Origin: Amoebophrya sp. A120 | Taxonomy: Eukaryota > Protista > Dinoflagellata | Direction: 5' to 3' | Length of the DNA stretch: 64,000 nucleotides | Assembly (NCBI GenBank): GCA_905178155.1 | Contig: CAJINV010000012.1 | Span: forward strand, 1,864,492-1,928,491 | In this document: piece by piece, positions 51,214 to 62,100 of the stretch | Position numbering within the stretch: the first letter of the stretch is position 1 | Layout of the letters: the number at the start of each line of letters is the position of its first letter | Made by a program: the position numbers and the translations under genes | The notes under the pieces: model-generated | What the model was told of the DNA's origin: nothing | Seen by the model: the letters and a program-made list of their open reading frames with translations, nothing else | Databases searched by the model: none

Positions 51214-51725
51214 GGCTTTGCGGTTTTGATGTTTGGAGGTAAGTAGCAAGAAGAGGACAAAATGAAGAATAGATTTGCTCACGGTAAACTTGCAGGAGAG
51301 AACGCAAACGATTTCTCTATGCAAACTGATAAATCTGGTTGAGCAGAAGCTCGGCCTGGAGGAAAAAAATCAAGGTGACATCGATAAATTTCATCAATTC
51401 GCAAGAAATTTTATGAGCCTTCTTCCATGCAAGACTACTTATTTCGCCACACGGATTGGATTTGGAACACGTCGTCGAAGCCACCGGATCGAAGATTTTT
51501 CTGCCTTTACAAACACAAACAGGGTCCTCACGGATCTCGATTTTTCTCTTTTTTTCGGTCAACATTTCAACCATCGAAAGCACCAATGGATTTTCTTTCT
51601 GTGTTGCAGCTTCTGCTTCCTACTCATTCAATCATCATCGTGTTCATGAGGATCTTTATTTTCTGTGGAGAGTTGTATCAATTTAAATTTTCGAATTTTT
51701 CTAGGCGTGATTTTGATACTTCTAC

Positions 51726-52259
51726 TCACCAAGATGTAGTTCCACCGACGAGGACCTCACCTGGCGATGAGAATGATGTTGTGGGCTCTTTACTGAGTGA
51801 TGGAAGAACAGGTGGAGCTTTTTGTTCCTTTCGAATTATGGGAATGGCGATGGCATAATTCTCTTGGATATCGCAGTCGTCCTCGAGCACCAGCGCCACA
51901 AGCCGGAGAATAATCGATCTGAAACTTCTTTCGATTTCCTTACCGCAACAAGGACATCGTGGTCTTTTATACAAATGCAAAAATCTGGTGGCGCTGAAGA
52001 TCATCGATCGATCCTCATAGTCATGGGCGGCCAACTTTGGAGAAATATTTAGCAAATCGAGTTCATCAACAAGGTAGTTGCAGAGGCGCTTCAGGTGCCG
52101 AGTCCACCACGCAAGATGAAATAGTACAACGCGTGGAGGCGCCGCAGCAGCGCAACCCAGAGTCTTTCTTCGGTCTGAAGACCCTCCTATTGCAAATTCT
52201 ACTAGGAAGCTCAAGTCAAACGAAATAATAATGGTTTTCGTTGTGTCTAGCAATATCAA
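51726..52259 (-). CDS. Hypothetical protein or exon
   Basis: 177-aa ORF containing RCPCCGKE; no recognisable family. Confidence 0.3.
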   Translation of the reverse strand: MILLDTTKTIIISFDLSFLVEFAIGGSSDRRKTLGCAAAAPPRVVLFHLAWWTRHLKRLCNYLVDELDLLNISPKLAAHDYEDRSMIFSATRFLHLYKRPRCPCCGKEIERSFRSIILRLVALVLEDDCDIQENYAIAIPIIRKEQKAPPVLPSLSKEPTTSFSSPGEVLVGGTTSW

Positions 52260-53139
52260 TCAAGTCAAAGCAAAGCTTATCTCCTTAAGCTAAAACGTTT
52301 TCGATTCATCATCAAAAGGTAGCGGTCGAGAAAGGTACTACGGCTATTCTGAAATTCTGTACTCTGGGTTTCGTCATTTGTTGCGTTTTTGTTCTACTCC
52401 GGACGTGCTGGTGTCATCGGTCATTGATAAAGTTTAGGTACACTGCAAAGTGCATAGAAGATATTTGAAGGAGCAGTGTAACTGTAATACTTCGCATTCA
52501 TTTTCACTTTCTCAGCATTGCATTACTGTGTTGATTCGGTTTTGAAATTTGGTTTTAGTAGGGGTAAATAAGCAAACAAGTAAACAGAAGCTCAACTAGG
52601 CGCACGTCTCTTTGTGCGTCGAAAATAAACGTCTTTCAAGCAGCGCCGCGCGCCGGCTAATAGAATTCCTGGTGACCACGCTTGCGCCGCTTGAGACGAG
52701 TTGGTGTATTATACAGGACATTATCAGCGATGCATTCAAACAACAAGATTGGCACCTTCTTGACGAGGCCCTTTAATTTTCTGCATTATTGAAACAAGAG
52801 CGAAAAGAACTTCCGAAGGATGATGGATGGCGTGACGCTACGAGGGCGGTTGTTCTACTGGAGTGGTCGTAAACGTAGTCAGCACACTAAATATCAATTA
52901 CTCCTCCTCCCCGAAGACGGCCTGAAACTCCTTAACAACTGAAACCCTGTCACGATCATCACCTGCTACTAGGAAAGTAAAAGTTAAAGTATAGTAGATT
53001 ATTAGTAGATGATTGATTCGCGAATTACACGACTAGTACTGTCCGGGTTCTTGCACCGGCAGTACCTACTGGGATTTAAAACAGACGCCACATCATTCAA
53101 CACGGCTCGCCGGTTTGAAAATCCCCTTTGACCGGTTCT

Positions 53140-56100
53140 TTAATCCATTAGATCCCCTCCGCCCAAACCCTTCAACAAGTCTCCGTCTCCGCCACTCCCA
53201 GACCTCGCTTTTATCGGAGGCGGCCGCGGTTGCAGCCGGTCTAACTTCGTCCCGCCGGCGGCCGCCCCGCCGCCGCCCGCCGCGCCGCCCCCACCTAGTT
53301 GCCCCTGGATCCAGGAGAAGACGGGAATCGCGTCGGCCTTCTTCTGGACCTTGGCTTTCATACGGTCGCTACTCCGCTATGCATTGCAAAAGTGTCGCGC
53401 GTTGTACTAGTAAAAATAGCATCACAAATTTTGGCAAGAACAAAAGTGGAAGTTGTAATGCTGTTTCAGGTTTGGAAAGAGATTTGTCATGCATGAGTGC
53501 AATTTCAACGAGTCGTGCGATACTTTTGTAATGCATATCCGCTCCACATGGACCATTTCGTAGAGCATCTGCGTCGCCCGGTTCCACTCGTTATCTAGCA
53601 CATGGTGCCGCGGGTTCCAGTGCGACCGCAAGTCGTCCGTTAGTTTTACCCCCTCAAACGCCGGCCCGCGCTGGAAGGTGTTGCTGTGGGCGATGCGAAC
53701 TTCGTCGAGCGAGCTGTATGAACTGCAAAAGTATCGTACTCGTAGTAATGGCAGTCATGCATTACAAATCTTTTTCTTAGGGTAAATCCGCATTACAAAT
53801 TTCATTTCTCATGCTGCGAAAATTTGTAATGCATTTATACGAGTACCAAATATAGCCGCCGGGGCGGAGGTAGTGAGGTCGTGGGCGTTTTCTTGCCGGC
53901 CGTCGCCTTGGCCGCGGCTTTGCTTTTTCTGGGCTCGCCATGCCGCCGTGCGTAGTGTTATGCCGCACGGCATGGCGGCCGCTCGAGAAACGTTGCAAAT
54001 TTTGGCAAATCTCCGAAGTTCCTTTCCGAAGCCCAGCCCCCATGCTATGGCGCCGATCCGGGTGCCACGGGGGGCGCCCTAAAAGCGAAGAAAAATCGGG
54101 CCCATAGCATGCGGATTGGCTTTGCGCGTCTGGGGCGCTTTTTCTTTTTCGCGTTTTTATTTTTCACTCCGGCGCTTTTTGCAAAGCTTCCCAGGCTCTG
54201 AAACCGGCGAAAAGGCGGCCACTTTCGCGGCCGCCCAAAATGCTCCGAAATCGGGGCCGTGCCATGCTGTTTCGCTGTTCTGATTTTGGGCGCGTTTTTT
54301 GCGCGCCCCTTTTTGGGCGGCCCAAATCGCCAGAAACCAAGGCGGTGGGCGCCTCAGAAGGGCCCCCCTTTTGCCGGCTCCCCTGCGTCGTTTTATCAAG
54401 TGCGAGTCGATAGTTTTCGAGCGGGCTTGTTTGTTGGCAAAGCCCCGGAGGCTTGATGATTGCAAATTTTTTATCTCTAAAAACACTTCCGCCCGCTTGG
54501 AAACTGCCGGCCGTTTTTCACGGTAGGTGGCAAAAAAACTCCCCGGTTAGAACCGTTCGGTGACCTCACTACATACAATACTTTTGCAGTGCATAAACTG
54601 TTCGACTTGCCAACGTTGAACGGCTTGGAGTGGAGCAGCGGCGACCAGGAGTCCGCGTTTTCCAGTTTTCCGTATTTTGCCAACTGCTCTTGTATCCTCG
54701 GCGACTGCATCTTGGACAGTTCCTCCGCTGCCTTCCTCGCTTTCGCCTCCTCGAGAATCCGGCGCGGATCCCGGACTTTCCGCATGTTATGCATTGCAAA
54801 AGTATCGTACTCGTCGTATAAATGCGTTACAAATTTCCTCAGCATGAGAAATAAAATTTGTAATGCGGGTTTACCTCGTAGAAAAAAATTTGTAATGCAC
54901 GATTGCAATACGAGGACGATACTTTTGCACAGGATAAATGTCCTGCGAGAACCGTTTTTTCCGGAGCGGTTTTTTCCACCACTTGTCCAGAAACTCCACC
55001 TCGTCCGTGCTGATTTTCTCCCTTTTCCGCAAGTTCAAATACTCGAACAGATAGTCGGACTGCGTCCGGCTTATCCTTCGAGGTCGCTTCAGCACCAAAT
55101 TCTGACACCAGTCGAAGAAGTGATGGTGGACCCGGGGGTCGCTGGACCGGAGCGGGGGCTCGTCCGGGTCGATTTGGTAGTCGGGATGGGGGTTGTGCCG
55201 GTCGATGTAGGGCGTGGGCGCCGGGCACTTGCAGGTCACTTTCACTTTCAGCTCCTGGCAAAGTAGGAAAAAGTCGTCCTGTCCGTATTGAAGGTCCTCG
55301 AACGCGACCTGAAATTGTATATCGTAAGTTGTTTTGATGTTTTGAACAAGAACCCAGGTTCGATTGCCATACAAGTTCAATCATTCAGTATCAGTCCGTC
55401 TCCTGGTGGTTATGATAGTAGACCTCCGTCTCAACAACTTTCAAGAATTCTACTACCTGCGCCGTTTTGTATTTCGCCGCGAGCGGTTTCCGGAAGCTCT
55501 CTAATAAGAGGAAGTGGTAGGGATCCAGCTTTTCAAACGTGATGTACCGCATATCCCTATACGCCTTGTGTGGCGCTTCCTGCTCGGACACGAACGCGAA
55601 GTAGTCTAACCTTATGAAGATTTCCCGCCAGAGGTTGTGCAAGTTCCCGGTGAAGCCGATGGAGGTGACGTTTTCGTATGAACTGCAAAAGTATCGTACT
55701 CGTATAAATGCATGACAAGTTCTCTCAGCATGAGAAATAAAATTTGTAATGCGGATTTACCTTGAGAAAAAAATTTGTAATGCATGATTGCAATACGAGT
55801 ACGATACTTTTGCACAGGATATTTCGGCGAATTCTTTGAAGTTCAGCTTCCCCGTCTGTTTCGTGTCCAGAAACCGCACCCAACCGAGCAGCAAGTTGTT
55901 GTTCGCTTTCCGCGACAAGTGCTCCAGAAAGGTGTTTAACGTCCGCAAATCAGGTGCCTGGTGCTGCAAATTGGCGGAAAAGGAAGACCGGTGCGTGTTC
56001 AAATTGAAGTCCCCGTAACTCGTGTCGTTGGTGATGGAATGCATCTTCACGGTCGGATGGATTTTGTTGTCCACGCCGAACCGACCGGGTGGGGCAGAGA

Positions 56101-59100
56101 GAGAGAACTGTTTTATGTCGTGGAATGCATAATTTTACCAAATCCATTTCGAAATCTATTGCAAATTCAAATCAATTCCTCTACGAAAAAGTCCAACGTG
56201 ACACATCATCCCCAAGAAGAACGTCATCAGAACTATAGCAGGCACGTCATACATGTATACCGCGCTCCCCATCTGCGTCGTCCGCCCCATCGTCCTGGTT
56301 TGGTTCATCAATAACTTGTTATTCTCCATATCTTTCTCGAGTTTCTTCTGCAGCGTTTCCTTTGCCTTGTCATACTCGTTGTAGTCCAAGTTGCGGCAGT
56401 ACAAGTGTTTGCAGTCGATGCTGAAGTAGTAAAACAACAGCCGCGGGTTTTTCGGGTAGCAAATTTGGTCGCAGAGTATTCTAAACTCCTCCTTCGTCCA
56501 ATACCGGTCCTCCTCGCAGTCCAGTGGCACTTATGAAGTGCAAAAGTATCGTATTCGTATAAATGCATTACAAGTTTCCTCAGCATGAGAGATAAAATTT
56601 GTAATGCTGATTTACCTCAAGAAAAAGATTTGTAATGCATGATTGCAATACGAGAACGACACTTTTGCAATGCATAGCACTTTGCAGTTCGCGAAACAGA
56701 TCTCGGAGAACATTTTCGCGAAAGTTCCGTACCGCTTTTCCACGCCGATTTTGAAATCCTTTATCATCTCGGACAATTCCGGGTAAAGTATGCATTGCAA
56801 AAATTGTTGTATCTTCGCGCTCTTGTATTGATTTTGCTTACGCAGAAGTAACGCATGACAGATGTGCCTGCTTCCAGACCAGTACTGACTCTGCAACTGC
56901 ATGACAAGTTGCCTCTACTTCATCATTGTGGAAAAAAATGTCAGGCTGCAATGCAATCACTATCAACAGTGCAAAGATAGTACTTTTCCAATGCATATCG
57001 AACAATTCCAACCTGAGTTGTGGTGGCGTGGTTTTCTTCTGGTTCGGTACCCCGAAGGCGTTGGCGCCGTTCGGGAGGGGTATTCTTCGGACGAAACCCG
57101 CCAGGAAGAGCCCGTTCCACAACTCCTTTAAATACCGCTTTACAGTATGCATTGCAAAAGCGTCGGACTAGTATAAATCACATGACAAATTTCCTCAGCA
57201 TGAGAAATGAGATTTGTATGCAATGCGGATTTACCTTGGGAAAGAGATTTGCAATGCATGAATGTGCTTCGTACCAGGACGAAGATACTTTTGCGATGCA
57301 TAAACCGCTTCCAACTGCGCCGCCTCGGTTTCCTCTTGCTTCTGCCGCATTCGTTTCTCGAATTCCGGGTTCGGATCTATCGCGCCGTGAATTTCCGCGT
57401 TGTTGTACAGATCACTATCCGACGCGACGTACTCGACGTTCACCAAGTTTTTTATTGCGTGGTGAAATTCCTGCTGCCCCACCTCGTTGTTTGCTCCGAA
57501 AAGCATCCGCCACCCGTAGGCCAAGCTGTGGTACTTCGCGATCAGTTTTTCCTTGAACTGGCGAACGAGTTCGACTTGTTTGTAATTCCCCTTCGCGGAG
57601 CTGGATGCCGCTTTCGAGGTGCCGGTGATCACCCCGCCCGCGGTTCCGGTGCCGGTTCTGCTGGCAAACGAGTCGAAGCTGGACGTCGTTTGGCCCATCC
57701 CTGCTAGTCTTGGTGAGTCGGTGTCGGGGTTCACCTGTTTCTTCTCCGCTCCTGCTGTTGTGCTGGCATTTCCTTGCCCGTTTGGTCCGAGTCCCGCCTG
57801 ACTCGCGTTGGCGTACCAGGTTGTGTTTGCCAGTTGCTCCGCTTCGCCGGTTATCCAGTGCAAACGCGTCTGGGTCTGGAAGAATGCAGGAGTTTCTCAT
57901 GCAGACTTTGCATGACCCATGAGGACTGTGGTGCATGCCCTAGCATCAGAGATTCTGCGGGGGCCTTCTGATGCTCATACCGCATGAGAAATGCCCTCTC
58001 CACGTAGCAAAAATTGGACATCTTGTTTTGCGTGCTTTGCTGTTCATGCAATGCAGATTTCTTTGGAATCCAGACACAGCATCACAAGTTTCACCTTTCC
58101 AAACCCAGGCATATTTGCAGTGGATACCGGTTTTGGAAAGCATTTCCAACGCCCGGAACACCGCCACCTGGTTATCAGATGCAAAAGTGTCTGGGTCTGG
58201 AACAAAGCAACTTGTCATGCTAAATCTGAATCATGTAAAAATCTGTGTTGCATCATTACCAAAAGCCGTCCACTTTTGACCTAATCGGGAGGCAGTTTCT
58301 CATGCGGGGTAGGCATGATAGAACTCGCACAGAATCTGTCATGCTATGTCCTACATACCAGACCCCATGGGTCATGGAAACCCTGCATGACAAGTCTGGC
58401 ATTCTTCCAGACCCAAACATTTTTACATTTGATACTGGTCGATCGCGGATAAATGCACATAGCCGGAAATTTCCCGGTCCAAGTACGTGAACAGCCGTAT
58501 CCTATGTAAAAACATCCCCACACCAATGTCAAGATGGAAAATGTGCTAGACAAATCAACCAGCTTTGGTTGTTTCGCATGACAAATTTGGCCCCGTAGTG
58601 TGATCCTGTTTAGTTAGCTCCAGCAGCATAACAGGTCTAGCAGGTCATGCTGATTTGAGCATCACAAAATCCAAAACACGACGGGGAAATGCTTCGCATG
58701 GGGCTTCACATGAGAAACATTTTTGCCCTGCAGATTTGCATGACAACTTTGGGGTGGGGATGTTTTTACTCAGAATATGCCGTCGTGGATTGCCGTCGTA
58801 CCGGATCTCCCGGCAGAGCTCCCGCCACTGCTCGAAATCCAGGTTCACGCCGGAATACTGGTATGCAATACAAATTTAGCGTAGGTAGTTGCACGACGAA
58901 GCAGATGCACAAAGTGCATGACAAATTCCGGCACCAGCATTAGAGCTGAAAGTTGTCATGGTAAATGGGCTGGGGAAACAGAAGATCTGTCATCGTCATG
59001 CAATAAGGTCATCATGATCATCTGCATCTGTGTGTACTACGGTAAGAAGAACTTTGCTCTAGATAACTGCAAGATAATCTGCATAAACGCCTGCTTCGTC

Positions 59101-62100
59101 GATCCGTAGCGGACGTGAAGTCGCTCGATGAACAGTTTCAAGTGGTTTTTCTATCCTGTGCAAAAGTATCGCAGTCGTAGTAATTGCAAACATGCATTAC
59201 AAATCTTGTTCTCAAGCTAAATCCGCATTACAAATTTTTGTTCTCATGCTGAGGAAATTTGTAACGCATTTATACGAGTACGATACTTTTGCAATGCATA
59301 TTTTCACATCTGGGTCGAAGTTGTCCAACGTCAAATACCCCTTCTTCGCAAAATCCAAAAACGCCCACATCTCGGTTGTCACCAAAATCTGAAACTTCTG
59401 TTTCACCACCTCCGAAAACTTCTCGTAACCGCACACCCCGGCGTATGGAAGCGTCAGGTTTGAAATCGACAAAGTTGAAATGATTTGTCATGCATAAAAT
59501 GGATACCAGTTGGAAGACCAATTTCCAAGTGGCGCATGACAAGTTTTCGGAGTACCGGAATCCAATTTGTCATGCTGTTTGGGCAAAGACGACTGCTTTT
59601 GTCATGCTATGTTAGTAGCTCTATTTATAACCTAAACAGGCTGACACTCGGCCTCACTTGCCATCCCGACAAGACAGGCACTTCATGCCTTGCATATTAT
59701 GCATGACAAATCATTTCAACTTTGTCGATTTCAAACCTGACGCTTCCATACGGCGTTGTCGCTGTCGAAGAAGTATGCCTTGCAAATATGTCTGGGTCTG
59801 GAAGAATGCAAACTTGTCATGCAGGTTTTATATGACCCCTGAGGTCTGGAATGCAGGATCCAGCATGACAGATGCTGTGAGAAGATCCGTATCATGTCTA
59901 TCCTGTATATGAAACTCCCTCTCAAGAACCTGGTCAAAAGTGGACAACTTTTGGTGATCATGCAACACAAATTTTTGCATGATTCAGATTTGGCATGACA
60001 AGTTGCCATGTTCCGGGCCCAAACATATTTGCACTTGATAAGAAGAGAAACCACGCCCGGAGCACCGACCCGCACGACCGTTCCATTTTTATGAACAGTT
60101 TCTCCGCCTGCTGCTTCCCGTTTGACCTAGTTGATTTCAGGCCGGAAACCAGTTTCTGGTGCTCCATTTGTTCGTCGTACATGGACCGGTGCACCGCGAC
60201 GGCTTCCTTCACCTTCCGCTGCCTCTCGCGGAGCTGCTGCGTCCTCTCCGCGTAGATGTCGCCCAGCGTGTGGGTTCCTTTGGTTAACTTTTCCAACGCG
60301 AGTAAATCGTCGGGGAAAATCCGTTTTTCGTCGAAGATGTCTAAGTGGTCGAAGAGGTAGTGGTATGAACTGCAAAAGTATCGTACTCGTATAAACGCAT
60401 TACAAATTTCCTCAGCATGAGACGTAAAATCTGTAATGCGGATTTGCCTTAAGAAAAAGATTTGCAATGCATGATTGCAATACGAGTACGATACTTTTGC
60501 ACAGGATAAGTGGTAAAACCGGCTGTCCCTCTCCACCATCTCATACCCATATCCAGGAAAAAAACTGTGTAAGTGTAAGTTTCTTGGAGGAATAGCATCA
60601 CAAGTTTGCTCTGCATGAAACAGAAAACCTGCCATGCGTACCTAGTACGTGAAAACGCGCACGAAAATTGCCTCTGATGCATGTCCAGCATGACAAGTGT
60701 AACAGTTTTGCATTTTCTGCAACACAAAGGTACACTTACACAGTTTTTTTCTTGGATAACCCACCGCCGCCCGCCATTAAATCCGCTTTTTTACTGCCCG
60801 CGGTTTTTTTCGAAGACTGGGATTTTGACGTTGCGTTGGTCTTTTTACTCCCATATGCATTGCAAGAGCATCGCACTCGTACTAATTGCAGCCATGCATA
60901 ACAAATCCCGTTTCTTCGCCAAATCAGCATCACAAAGACAAATTGCATTTTTTCTCTTGGAAAAATTTGTATTACAATTTCTACTAGTCTACGATACTTT
61001 TGCAATGCATATCCCAGATGTTGCACTAGATTTTTTCGACGACGCCGACTGCGCGTCGTCCTCCCCTTCGCCCTCCTGCAACCCGCCGGCGGTGGTGGCT
61101 CGGTCGGACAAAGGGTTATCCTCATCGTCGGCAAGTTGCTTTTGGGATAAGACCATGAACTTCAGGGATTTCAACAACTTCTTGAACACCGATTTCTTCA
61201 CGGGCTCCTCAATGTTTCTGAACCCCGCGGTCTGCAACACCTTCAACACGGAGCCGGATCTTTTGCACGCGCGGACGAAAGCGGTGAAATCTTCCACTAA
61301 GTCCTGTTCCATATCGTCGATGGTGATCGCCCCAGCGCCCCGGCCGATCGCCCAGAACAAAGTTCGCGTGTTGCCCTGAAACCCGATCGCGGTGCACCCC
61401 TGCGCAAACTGGTCGAAAGTGACTTGGCCGCGGCCTTTCCCGTCCAAGTACTTTCGCCAGACCCGGGAAACGTTTCCTAACCCTCGTTTCCGGATGTATT
61501 GCTTGAACTGCGAGTAGTAGTCGAGCTTCTCGTTTTTCGCGAACTTCTCGATTTCTTGTGCGATGATCGCCTTTTTCTCCTTTAACCGCAGCCACACCGC
61601 TTCGTTGTCTTTCTTGTAATCCAAATACTCCTCGCCAAAGACGGATTTCGCCAACCGAAAATCAATCACATCGTACCTTAAGAATCCAGTCTTGCTGCTG
61701 TCCACGTAGCCCCAAAGCGTTTTCGGGTTGTTGGGGTACTGGATCTCGGCGCAGAGCTGGTGAAATTCCTTGTAGTTATGAACTGCAAAAGTATCACACC
61801 CGTTTAAATTGCAGTCATGCATGACAAGCCTGTACTCCTTACGTTATCCAGCATGACAAGTTGCAGTTTTCTTCTTGGAAAAATTTGTAATGCAGTCTAC
61901 ACTAGTGCGATAGTTGTGCAATGCATAATAGTCCATGCGGAACGACTCATTCTCCTCGTCTAGTTGGATCAGCGCTTTCCCGACGTGCCCGTATCTGTGG
62001 ACTAAACACCGTTGGAAGTCGATCAGTAAGGTGTGGGATTCCGCGTCCCAGTGCCGGAGGCCCATGCGGGATAATCTCGTTTCCCACTTTGGTTTCTCGA

